This document shows, piece after piece, positions 52,977 to 64,000 of a stretch of 64,000 nucleotides of DNA. The number at the start of each line of letters is the position of its first letter. The stretch's first letter is position 1. The DNA comes from Octopus sinensis (lineage: Eukaryota): the NCBI RefSeq assembly GCF_006345805.1, contig NC_042999.1, positions 96,782,001 through 96,846,000 on the forward strand. Direction: 5' to 3'. The notes under the pieces were generated by a model. It was not told where the DNA came from. It saw nothing but the letters and a program-made list of their open reading frames with translations, and made no database searches. The translations under genes and the position numbers were made by a program.

Positions 52977-55043
52977 TTGGCTGAATGCGCCCGGGAAAAG
53001 TCGCCGGGACTGGATGGTCTGCCCTATGAGTTTTATTGTTGTATGCCGGACTTGTTCGGAGACATACTGGCAAGCGTCTACGCAAATTGGCAACAGAATG
53101 GGAGGATTCCCAGTTCTGTGAGCCGGGGAGTTGTGACGCTGATCCAGAAAAACCCGAGCAAGGGGGATAATATTAGTAATTATAGGCCCATAACTCTACT
53201 TAATGTAGAGTTAAAGATTTTGGCCAAGGTGTTAGCAGAAAGGTTGAAGGTCGTCATGGAAAAACTTGTCGGAAAGGCACAGACATGTGCAATCCCAGGC
53301 AGGTCGATCGAAGATAATCTTCACCTTCTACGCTACACTATAGACAGGGTTGGGCAATTAGCCGGCAAAGGAGGGGCATTGGTCCATTTAGACCAAAGTA
53401 AAGCATTTGATAGGGTAGATCATCAGTACCTGGCGACGGTTCTCGAAGCGGCTGGGCTAGGCCCTGACTTTCGCGGGTGGATATCAGCTATGTACAGCGG
53501 TATCAAGTCCACAGTCCAGATAAACGGTTACTTAACGGAACCGTTTTCGATTAAGCGTTCAGTTCGTCAAGGATGTCCCTTGTCCCCTCTCCTGTACGTT
53601 TTGGCTCTTGAGCCATTGCTGTGGGAGTTGGAGACGGTGAGATGCAATCCTAATGAAATCGGATGCGGTAAGTCTGTTTCTGCGTATGCGGATGACGTCA
53701 CCTTCATCGTGTCCAACGAAGCACAACTAACTCGTGTAGAAGGTGCTCTCCGAAGATACGAAGCGGTGGCTGGGGCAAAAGTTAACAAGGACAAGTCCAC
53801 TGGTTTGCGCCTCGGCACCTGGAGGAACAAGCCGATATCGTCCAGTGTTGTTGGACACTGGACAGATGGTCCTGTTAAATTGCTTGGAGTTTGGTTTGGT
53901 TCAGACTCCCAGACGGAGAAAAATTGGAGCGAGGTAGTGACCAAGGTAGAAGCCATAGTTCGGGAGTGGTCCGGAAGGCATCTTTCCTTGAAAGGGAGGG
54001 CGGAGGTGGCACAGGTGTTTATAGCATCTGTAATCACCTATCGCCTGACTGTCGTGCCTTGCCCCGATTTGTGGCTAAGCAAGTTGGATCGACTCCTTTT
54101 CCGCTTTTTGTGGAAGGGAGGAAAGCCACTTGTAAGACGCTCCGTGTGTTGCCAGGAACCACTAAAGGGTGGGCTGGGGATGCCTTGGTTAATGATGCGC
54201 AGGCATGCGCTGAGACTGAGACATCTCTGGTTTCACCTGGAAGGTGATAAGGTGTGGAGTCCGCTGGCAGATAATTTCTTCCCGCAACCGGACTCTATGG
54301 AGAGATTTAAACCCGGTTTCATTAAAAGACGGAACCTGACTCTATGGCAGAAAGAGTGCCGACAGGCACTCTGGCTGATCCACAAGATAGGCAAAGCCGG
54401 CTGCGGGAATACCACCTCGACATTTTATAGAAGGATGGTAGAGGCAAAAAATGACGACGTCCTAAGAGGGGCTCTGGGGTTCGATGAGGATCAACTATCC
54501 GACCTGTTTAAGAAGACTTTCAAGCCGGGGTATTTGAACAATTACCAAAAATCCCTGACTTGGCAGTGCTATAGGAACGCTCTACCTGTTCGCGATAAGT
54601 TATATAGGCATGGAATGTCAGTGCCACCGACATGTCCAAGATGTGGGTTGGACGATGAAACCGTCCAGCACGCTTTTGTACATTGTCAGGAGCTGTCAGG
54701 CTTAATAAGTTACGTAGAACACGTGTTGTCGCATCTGGGACGAGTACAGCTATCGGCTGGTTCTATAATAAAGATGATACCGCCAGCTGGACTCTCAAAG
54801 GAAGGTGAGGCTTGTTTTCACTGTACGGTGGCAGTACTGAAAGAGTGTGTGTGGAGAACTAGATTGGAAGGTTTGGTGTCAGGAACCTTTGTCTCTGGAT
54901 ATGGTATGTTAAAATACTTCAGAGACCATCTAAAGAGCAAGATGGATTTAGAGAAGAGGAACCTGACACAGAAAAAGTATGTGAATCGATGGAAGGATGT
55001 GATAAAAAAGGTGGGTGTGAGTAACCCTGCTTGGTCATCATGA
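52977..55043 (+). CDS. Tx1 ORF2p C-terminal part: reverse transcriptase and zf-RVT
   Basis: KSPGLDG, YRPITLLN, DQSKAFD, RQGCPLSP, YADD, KLLGVWF, CPRCGLDDETVQHAFVHC. Confidence 0.92.
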   Translation: MAECAREKSPGLDGLPYEFYCCMPDLFGDILASVYANWQQNGRIPSSVSRGVVTLIQKNPSKGDNISNYRPITLLNVELKILAKVLAERLKVVMEKLVGKAQTCAIPGRSIEDNLHLLRYTIDRVGQLAGKGGALVHLDQSKAFDRVDHQYLATVLEAAGLGPDFRGWISAMYSGIKSTVQINGYLTEPFSIKRSVRQGCPLSPLLYVLALEPLLWELETVRCNPNEIGCGKSVSAYADDVTFIVSNEAQLTRVEGALRRYEAVAGAKVNKDKSTGLRLGTWRNKPISSSVVGHWTDGPVKLLGVWFGSDSQTEKNWSEVVTKVEAIVREWSGRHLSLKGRAEVAQVFIASVITYRLTVVPCPDLWLSKLDRLLFRFLWKGGKPLVRRSVCCQEPLKGGLGMPWLMMRRHALRLRHLWFHLEGDKVWSPLADNFFPQPDSMERFKPGFIKRRNLTLWQKECRQALWLIHKIGKAGCGNTTSTFYRRMVEAKNDDVLRGALGFDEDQLSDLFKKTFKPGYLNNYQKSLTWQCYRNALPVRDKLYRHGMSVPPTCPRCGLDDETVQHAFVHCQELSGLISYVEHVLSHLGRVQLSAGSIIKMIPPAGLSKEGEACFHCTVAVLKECVWRTRLEGLVSGTFVSGYGMLKYFRDHLKSKMDLEKRNLTQKKYVNRWKDVIKKVGVSNPAWSS

Positions 55044-55290
55044 AGGGAGAAAATAGTCTCTGGGCTCTTAGGCTGTCGGGTAAGAATCCTGACTGTGATA
55101 TACCTAGCTGGCCAAAATCATTTTTAATTTTTAAAAAAAAAGGAGAAAGTAAAGTCTAGTATCATAATCAATAATCAACATATGTAAATATCAAACGAAC
55201 AACGTAAACTTTTTGTAATTATGTTTTGTACTGTAATGTACTATCTCTGTAAGATTTTTATAATCATAATAAAGATTTTAGAAGCGACAC

Positions 55291-55361
55291 CTACTGGCTG
55301 GCTACGCTGCATTGAAAAGGGGCAATACCCCGAAACGCGTCTGTAGCTGCCGGTCAAGTAG
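55291..55361 (+). ncRNA. Type I hammerhead ribozyme, U3:A8 variant (copy 2), immediately 3' of the LINE
   Basis: Identical to copy 1 at an offset of 6239 bp; predicted cleavage after 55341. Confidence 0.88.
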
Positions 55362-55522
55362 TGTGGAGCGACTGACCTCCCTTGTTCGAAGGTTATATGG
55401 ATACAGTTTGTGTATCAAATAGCTAACTTAAGGCGATGGCCTCATGGAGCTAGTAAGCGGTCAGCTTTATTCTTATTTTTATAAGAATGCCATATTAGTA
55501 TGGCGTTAACTATTATATATAT

Positions 55523-55555
<33 letters not shown>

Positions 55556-55631
55556 TTATGTATATACTTATAGATATATAGACAGACAGACAGACAGACA
55601 GATAGACAGGCAGATAGACAGACAGACAGAC

Positions 55632-55700
<69 letters not shown>

Positions 55701-55702
55701 TG

Positions 55703-56862
55703 TTTCTATTAGCCACACAGGGCTGCACACAGATAGAACAAATTACAAGGTAGAGCTTTTCTTTTGAAGGTTTAAAAAAAAAAAAAAAAAAGAAGGGGGG
55801 AGTTTCGATCAAAGGGATCGTAAAAGGAGAGAAAGAGGACAAAAAAGGGGGTTTAAAAAAAGGGGGGAGAGGAAAAAAATTGATCAATAGGGATCGTTAT
55901 CACAGAAATGTCAATATGAAGTGTAAAGGGGAGGACAGGTGACGTTTACCCGTGGAAAGAAAAGCCTACGGAAAAGACCACGGTAACCTCGGTCAATGAA
56001 ATCACATTTTATATTTCTTTTTTTTTTTTTTGCAAATAAGCAAATCTCTGTTTTCAATTTCTGGGTTCATAGGACTATGCTCAAGGTGGCTTCGTCATTC
56101 ATACGTGCCATTCTTGCTACATTCACCCATCTTTTTTTAAAACATTCGCTAGACAAAACTTGCCTCTCTACTCTCACTTTCCTTTTCAAGTGGTACTTGA
56201 AGAAGTTGATGAGAGATTGACCAGAGAGGAAAGTGTTTGTCTCCAATCCTTTCAGACGCGTCCACCAGATACATTCTTTCGCCATAGCCACAAGGATGAT
56301 GAAAATAGCTCTTCCTTCCCGTTTGAAGGAAGGAGGTGTGACAATATTGACGATAGACTCAGCTGATAAACCGACTCGTCCCACACTTGACAGCAGTTGT
56401 TCGACATAAGCCCACAGGTCGGAAATTGTTGGACACTGAACGAGTGCGTGCAGAACGGTTTCGTCGCTCTGACCGCATCTCGGGCAGGTCGGCCCCGTGT
56501 TTCTCGAGCCGTGTCTGTAGAGCTTATCCCGAACGGGTAGCGCTTCTCGGTAGCACTGCCAGGCCAGGGATCTCTGGAAGTTGTCCATGGGCCCTGGCCC
56601 GAAAGTCGTCCTGAACAGGCGGGTCAGGTACTCCTCGTCGACGTCCAGGTTCGCCCCGAGCTCGTCGTCGTACCTCCCCTCCACTAAACCCCTATAGAAT
56701 GCTTTGGTTGTGTTGAAGTCACTTAAGGTCGACCCAGGACGGCAGAGTTGCTTGAGAGCAACGCGACACTCGTGGTGCCATTCGCCCTTCCTCGGCCTCT
56801 TTTTGATCCACGACTGCAGTTCGGTCATGGAGACGAGCTGCGGGAAAGCGTGCCTCACAAAC
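55703..56862 (-). mobile_element. 5'-truncated Tx1-like LINE (family b) inserted in (GATA)n
   Basis: Minus ORF ending at 56067 with WQCYREALPVRDKLYRH..CPRCGQSDETVLHALVQC; (GATA)n at ~55630-55700 and 56863-56930. Confidence 0.9.
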
Positions 56863-56931
<69 letters not shown>

Positions 56932-57530
56932 GGATATGTCATGCATGTGTGCAGCCCGAAATACTTGTCGTTAATTATGATACTTATTTCATCAATCTTG
57001 GGGTAAAAGAAGGCAAGTCCACCCTCCACAGAGGTTTACAATCAGGATATAAAAGCACAATTACTACCAGGTACTTTACCTCACGAACTACCAATTCTAG
57101 TATACCTCACCTTTCACCGACAAGTTTCTAACGTATACACAAAGGCAATCATTCTGGTGAGTGGATATAATTGATTAAAACAGTCTCAATACTTAGCTTG
57201 TACTTATATTATCGATCCCCGAATTATAAAATTCATAGTTTACCCCGGTGGGACTTAAAGAAAAGAATGGTTTCCTCAATGAATAATTGAATTTAATCAG
57301 TGTAAATCAATTAGTTGCAATCGTCTGATGAAATCAAGCCAGAGGTATTATAACAGTTTCTTGGCTACAATGAATGCATGACCTTTTTGCTAATACTTAC
57401 AAGCTACTTCAGGTTTGGTAAAAATAATTACACCATATTATACGCCTACATTTTGCGCATCCACACCCCTATGACTTTGTGAACTATGCTTTCTCTCTCT
57501 CTCTCTCTCTCTCTCTGTATATATATATAT

Positions 57531-57562
<32 letters not shown>

Positions 57563-57778
57563 ATATTATATATATATTATATATATATATATATATATAT
57601 GTATATGTGTATTTACATATACATATATATATATATATACATGTATATGTGTGTGTTTGTATTTGTGCGTATATACACACACATACAATCATGAACACGC
57701 ACACACTCACACACACACACATGCACATACACACAACACACACGTATATATATGCTTAAATGTAGATAGATCGATAGG

Positions 57779-57844
<66 letters not shown>

Positions 57845-58167
57845 TGCATGTATGTATGTAGGAGCATACATACATACATATGTGTGAGGTTGCGTATGTA
57901 TTTGCAAAGCATATACATAAAAGTACAGATTCATATAATTGTGTGTGCAAAGATATACATATAATCGCATGTGTATATATAAATATAAATGTATCTGACT
58001 GTATGAATGTGTGTGTTATGCGTATGTGTGCATCATGTGCATCTGCATCTGTGTACGTGCGTGCATTTGTATATATATTTGTATATTATAAATATAGGTA
58101 GATAAACACATAGACACATGCAATCACTTACACACACACACGTATATACCTAAATATATGTACATGC

Positions 58168-58202
<35 letters not shown>

Positions 58203-58235
58203 GGTGTGTGTATATATATATATATGTATATATGT

Positions 58236-58272
<37 letters not shown>

Positions 58273-58347
58273 TATATATATATATATATATATAATATAT
58301 ATATATATATATAATATATATATATGTATATATGTATATATATATAT

Positions 58348-58688
58348 AAAACATTATTGGTGAATTGAAGAAATGGAGCTGAACGCAGATTGAACAGAAT
58401 CGTTTATTTCATTCTACACGTGTTTCGAAAGGCACAAATTACCTTAATTTGTGCCTTTCGAAACACGTGTAGAATGAAATAAAACGATTTCTGTTCAATC
58501 TGCGTTCAGCTCCATTTCTTCAATTCACCAATAATGTTTTAATTTCAATTATCCGCACCAACGCACGGTTGCAACACCATATGGTTGTACCTCCAACCGT
58601 GCTGTTTACTGCTGTGATTTTTGCTACTAAGGTATCGGTTAAACTTTTGATTAATCTACTACAAGATTATTCATCTTTCTATTTCACA
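58348..58688. mobile_element. Fold-back element: 193 bp palindrome (58348-58540) plus 148 bp tail, inside (TA)n, with HHR 3' half
   Basis: Centre AAATTA-CCT-TAATTT; GAAAC-ACGT-GTA at 58460-58471; same family as 12431-12563. Confidence 0.85.
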
Positions 58689-58720
58689 TTATATATATAT
58701 ATACATATATATATACATAT

Positions 58721-58818
<98 letters not shown>

Positions 58819-58833
58819 ATATGTATATATGTA

Positions 58834-58868
<35 letters not shown>

Positions 58869-58871
58869 GTA

Positions 58872-58950
<79 letters not shown>

Positions 58951-59297
58951 CATATATATATGTAAACATGTATATATGTACATATGCATATATATGTACA
59001 TATGCATATATATGTGCGTGTGTTTGTGTGTGTGTGTATAGAACCATGTATGAACGTATGTATTTATATAGTTTTTTTCAATCGTAAACCTACACAGATA
59101 CAAAGCTAAACTCAGGTGTATTCAGTAAAAATAACAAAAATTCCCTCAAAATAGCAGGAAAGCTATTGTAAGAAATTTTCATTACTACGTACGTACTACG
59201 ATATAGTAAATACAAAATTTCTCCATTATATATATATATTTCAATGCTTGAATATACTAGACTATCTTGGACTAAGGAAATGTATTTCTGTGTGAGA

Positions 59298-59382
<85 letters not shown>

Positions 59383-59540
59383 GTTTGTTCAAAACGCTGT
59401 GTGTAGGCATTCTTATGAAAAGGCAAGTTTTCTTTTATCGTTTTACCGCCATTATTACTACTATTATTACTCCGTCACTAATACTGTTTTCATATCGTCT
59501 ATTACATTACTACTACGACTACTACTACTACTACTACTAC

Positions 59541-59603
<63 letters not shown>

Positions 59604-59899
59604 GAAGAAGAAGAAGAAGAAGAAGAAGAAGAAGAAGAAGAAGAAGAAGAAGAAGAAGAGCAACAACAAAAATTACTGCAACTACTACCAACATTTAAAA
59701 TCCTAGTTTTCACGTGTTCTGCATTGTAAAACCTTATTGTTATGCTGTACATTAATGAATAACTGTGATTTCTGCTTTATTTCAGAACTTGCCTCAATAT
59801 TTTTTACGAATAAAACGTGCATGAAATTTTATTCGACGCACTAATGAATTTAACACATATCTAAAATATATTTAAGTTTGCTCTTTAGTCTAACCGTTT

Positions 59900-59930
<31 letters not shown>

Positions 59931-60074
59931 TGCATACATACATACATACATACATACATGCATACATACATACATATATGTACATGCATATATATATAAA
60001 TATAAATACATACATATACATACATGCAAATACATATATATATATATATATATATACTATTCTGTATTTTATTG

Positions 60075-60302
60075 TTACCACGTTTCGGCTGATGTACTCT
60101 CCAGCCTTCATCAGGTGTTCTGGTGGAATTTCGAACCCAGCTCTTTCTTTGACTCATGGGGTACTCTGTTCTCATTCCAAAGCTATACTTTTTTTGCTGG
60201 TGTTATTTATTTGTTGACATCATTTCCAAAGCCCTTGCCTGGGATTGAACTCAGAATCCGAGGGTCAGTAACCCGCGCTCTTAGCCACTATGATATATGC
60301 CC
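60075..60302 (-). mobile_element. tRNA-headed element ending in a hammerhead motif (SINE-like or Penelope-like terminal repeat)
   Basis: Minus: TAGTGGCTAAGAGCGCGGG..GAGTTCAATCCC head, then AACAC-CTGATGA-AGGCTG..CAGCC-GAAAC-GT. Confidence 0.72.
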
Positions 60303-60439
60303 ATAGGTACTTATAGAGTTAATTTGGGGGCTTAAAAAACTTAATATTTTATCTTTTCTTAATACCGATTCCCATATTACATTCATATCTGCACTTGGTT
60401 AGCTTAGGAGGTTATTGTATCTTAGTATGTGTGCTGCCT

Positions 60440-61310
60440 CTTTAGGATAAACACCACTAAAGCCAACCCTATGGCTTCGATATGTTGATGACAACTTTAT
60501 ACTCTGGCCCCACCAGTTGGATGTTCAAGTACTGCTAGATCATGTGAACTCAATAAAACCATCCATAGAGTTCACAATGGGAAAAGAAGAAGACAATCAG
60601 CTGCCATTCCTGGATGTATTAATAACACGCACTGAGTATGGGTTCAGGGCATCCGTATACTGCAAGTCAACCTTCACTGGACAATACCTCAACTTCAATT
60701 CCCACCATCTATACAGTAGAAAGGGAGGGAATACTCAGTGCTTAAAACATCGAGCAAAGACTATAAGCAGCGATCCTGATACACACCACGAAGAAATGAT
60801 CAGACTAAGAAACAATCTATTATGCAACAACTACCGAGAAAATATATTATCCATTCCAATTAGGAAGAGGAGAGAGTATGATGCCCATAAACTGAGCACA
60901 GTCTATCTTCCGTATGTCAAAGGCCTCTCGGAAAAGATACAAAAGATGTGCGGTCCATATGACACCAGGACAGTATTCAGAAGTAATACAACTCTTTGCA
61001 AATATCTTCTCCGATTAAAACTATCCCTAGAAGATGATATGACCAAACACTGCATGTACTTCATCCCATGCAGTTGCGATAAGTTATACAAAGGCGAAAC
61101 GTGCCGTGCCCTTAAAATAAGAGTAGAGGAACATCGTAAAGCTGTGATACAAGGGGATATTGAAAAATCTGGTATAGCCGATCATGTATGGGCAAACGGA
61201 GACCACTTCCCCTTGTGGGATGAAGTTAAAATTATAAACAAAGAACACTGCAGGAAAATACGAAAATTAAGAGGTAGCAGATATGCTAGGACACAATAAT
61301 CTTCTAAGCA
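60440..61310 (+). pseudogene. Penelope-like element 3' part: RT C-terminus plus GIY-YIG endonuclease
   Basis: WLRYVDD (60481), IEFTM..E..LPFLDVLI, VY.KSTFTGQYLNFNSHH, LYKGETCRALKIRVEEH, SGIADHVW. Confidence 0.88.
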
Positions 61311-61394
61311 GAACTAGTGCAGATATGAACGTAATATCAGAACCGGTATTAAGAAAATATAAAATATTAGGTTTATAAACACCAAAATTCACTC

Positions 61395-61598
61395 CATAAT
61401 TGCCTACGAGCATATAGCGTAGATTCTGAGTTCAGTCATAGACAGGGACTTGGGGAATGATATCAACAAAAAATAACAACAGCAAAAAAAGAATACTTTA
61501 GGAATGAGAACAGAGTACCCCGTTAGTCAAAGGAAGGGTTGGGTTCGAAATGCCACCAGAATACCTGATGAAGGCTGGAGAGTACATCAGCCGAAACG
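61395..61598 (+). repeat. Penelope-like terminal repeat with truncated hammerhead, homologous to 60075-60302
   Basis: GAATGAGAACAGAGTACCCC...CCACCAGAATACCTGATGAAGGCTGGAGAGTACATCAGCCGAAACG. Confidence 0.75.
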
Positions 61599-61717
61599 CA
61601 GTACGCAGTTGAAGCTATAGTCCTTTATGTATAAGAAATAAACCAACAGCAGTACTCAGTAGAAGCGGCTGTTCGAGAAAACAGACATTACATACAGCCA
61701 AATTTCATATAGATACT

Positions 61718-62230
61718 TAATGCTAGCTAATTAGCAGATAATCTAATGTAAAAGCCGTGTAAACGGTATGTGCACAGCTCCATCTGGACTATTCCATTTC
61801 TGCACGCTAATTTTATTTTTAATTTATCCCCATTCATGTGAAACCACTTATTCAAGTTCAAGTCTTTGATGCAATTTTATACCAATTGCTATTTTTACTT
61901 TTGTTATGTTACGATTATATTATACTTTAGTTTGATTTTAATTATTACTTACTACATATAATTCAATTGTTATTATTATCTCTAATTTTTATTGTTAAAG
62001 TGAAAGTATCTGACATAAAATAGAGAAATGTTTTTGTTTCACTTTTAACACGTAATACTAAAATAGTGGAGAAGATATGATATTGCTATGGGCTCGACCT
62101 AGACAAGAAGTTGAACATTTTTTAGCCCATGAAACTACATGGACCCTAAGTAAGGCATGTGTAAAATTTTAGGGAAACAGACAGACAGACACACACACAC
62201 ACACAAACATTCTCAGTTTGATATATATAT
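61718..62230 (+). mobile_element. Possible HINE-like element
   Basis: Starts ATGCTAGCTAATTAGC; ends AAAATTTTAGGG..(GACA)n(CA)n..GATATATATAT. Confidence 0.35.
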
Positions 62231-62707
62231 ATGCGATGAGTTTCCTGCTTTCCGTCAACCAAATTCACTCACAGGGCATTAGTAGAGCTGCTTCATGGTA
62301 AACGACACAGGCCCAAAGTTCTCCGTAATGTAACTGGACTCGAAACCAAATGATTGCAAATCGAGCTTCTTCACCATTCAGTCAAAAGTGCTCCTGCAAT
62401 GGTAACTATTAATAAAAGAGAATTTTGTTTTATTTTGTTAATTCATCTCTCATTGTCATGTGACCGAGCTGGAGCATCGTTTATTTTTCTTGACTATCTT
62501 AACTTCAGTATTAATTTCAGTACTTTTTGAATGGCAATTATTTCATCAATCCTCCCCGCTACGCCGGAAGAGGAAGAAAGCAATGGTGTGTGAGCTAAGA
62601 GGGATGTAACTGCGTAACTGAGAAGAATCTAAATGTCACAAGGTATTTTTCTTTGATATCCCATCTTCGTACAACATCCTACGCTAATTTATATGTGTAA
62701 GTGTGTG

Positions 62708-62752
<45 letters not shown>

Positions 62753-62775
62753 GGGATGATATGTATAAATGTATG

Positions 62776-62809
<34 letters not shown>

Positions 62810-62924
62810 TGTCTGTGTGTGTGTGTGTGTGTGTGTGTATAATTAATGTGTATGTATGCATGTATATACACGCACACAGACGGGCTTACACAGACACATT
62901 CATATATACACAATAATACATACA

Positions 62925-63170
62925 TATGGCCCGACTCTCCGTCAGTGCAAGTGGTTGAGCACTCTACAGACACGCGTACCCTTTTCGTAGTTCTCGGGGA
63001 GATTTATTGTGACACAGAATGTGACATGACTAGCCCTTTGAATTACAGGTACTACTCATTTTTGTCAGTTGAATGGGCTGGAGCAACGAGAAATAAAGTA
63101 TCTTGCTCAAGAACACAGTGTGCCACCGGGAATCGACCGAATAGTCTAACCACAATGGAACGCGCCTACC
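62925..63170 (-). mobile_element. SINE related to the family C tail, CORE-like CTTGAGCAAG
   Basis: Reverse complement of CCCCGAGAACTAC..GGGTAC(G)CGTGTCTGT, shared with 15070-15110. Confidence 0.65.
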
Positions 63171-63553
63171 CTATACACACACACACACACACACACACAC
63201 AACAACAACAACAACAACAACACACACATATATATATATTTAAAGATATTAGAATTGGATTCGAAGAATCAAGTGGAAAGTACAGTAGGCACTCCAGACA
63301 TAGACCCGGCTATCAGGTCAGATCATTAATTAAATTGCAATGTGATTTATCTGGATCTTGCAATCGTAAATCTGAGCCATACAAACAGTAAAGTTTTCTT
63401 TGTGAAGTATACAATACGGAAATAAAACAAGGAGAGATAAGAGGAAAGAAGTATTTTAATACTTCCGTTGAGATTAACAAGTTTCATAGCCTACTCAGAA
63501 TTATATCAGCTTTAATGCAGACATGTGTAAACGCGCGCGCGCACGCATATATA

Positions 63554-64000
63554 CAAGGTATTCAAAAAGTCTCTCCATAGTACGTATTTTATTGCAAAAT
63601 AAATATTTATAAGGTGGTATAAGACTACTAAAGAATATATTAGACTTTACAAGATTTAACAAAACTTTATAAGAGGTGGTGAAAGTATCGTCCTTCATTT
63701 TCAATACATGAAATTTAAAATCTTCTTTACTGCCGTGTGAGCTCTTCCTAGGCTTATTTCCGTTTCCTGCGACAATCTGCGTAAGAACTTTGACGGGCTT
63801 GCTAACAGTTTATCAGAAATATTGGAGAGTGTTTCATCTGAAATAACAGTAGGCCTACCGCTTCTTAGAAAATTGCAGGCCTTATATCTAAATTCGAAAC
63901 CATTATGAGGACAAAATAGTCCTCATCATAAGTTACGATGGTACATTACCACAAATCTCTACTAGAAAGATATAGCCGATTACATACAAGATAGATACTG
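63554..64000 (-). mobile_element. Tc1/mariner-superfamily remnant, probably running off the window
   Basis: TA followed by CAAGGTATTCAAAAAGTCTC end; minus frame RSGRPTVISDETL..SPSKFLRRLSQETEIS..KKILNF (63710-63880). Confidence 0.65.

Larger units (their letters stand above)
49922..55279 (+). mobile_element. Full-length Tx1/L1-clade non-LTR retrotransposon (family a), ~5.36 kb
   Basis: TSD AGAAGCGACACCTACT(G) at 49905-49921 and 55280-55296; ORF1 CCHC knuckle; ORF2 APE-RT-zf-RVT; ends AATAAAGATTTT with no poly(A). Confidence 0.93.

Noticed and set aside
56863-57029. N-terminal part of minus ORF 56067..57029
   Set aside because: Read-through of (TATC)n and flank; the LINE-derived coding part starts at 56862

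Overview
AT-rich, microsatellite-saturated eukaryotic (animal) DNA with no recognisable host gene. The tRNA-derived SINE families and repeat load resemble an octopod cephalopod genome (inference from recalled repeat sequences, not verified). Most ORFs in the supplied track are translations of (TA)n, (TACA)n, (GATA)n or triplet repeats. The real coding content is all transposon-derived: a near-intact Tx1/L1-clade LINE (49.9-55.3 kb), other Tx1-like pieces, two RTE LINEs, two R4/Dong-like 3' ends, two Penelope-like (RT + GIY-YIG) fragments, Tc1/mariner derivatives, Helentron-like non-autonomous elements and many SINEs. The most notable hidden layer is a set of minimal type I hammerhead ribozymes (HHRs) in short, often fold-back elements inserted in (TA)n. 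Two identical HHRs with a rare U3:A8 core belong to an inferred ~360-nt retrozyme-like unit. The full-length Tx1 LINE has inserted, with a 16-17 bp target-site duplication (TSD), into the 5' arm of one of them, so it is now bracketed by two intact ribozymes. Also seen: Tx1 families apparently tied to (GATA)n and (TTC)n, a SINE with a Tx1-like 3' tail, and a tRNA-headed HHR element.
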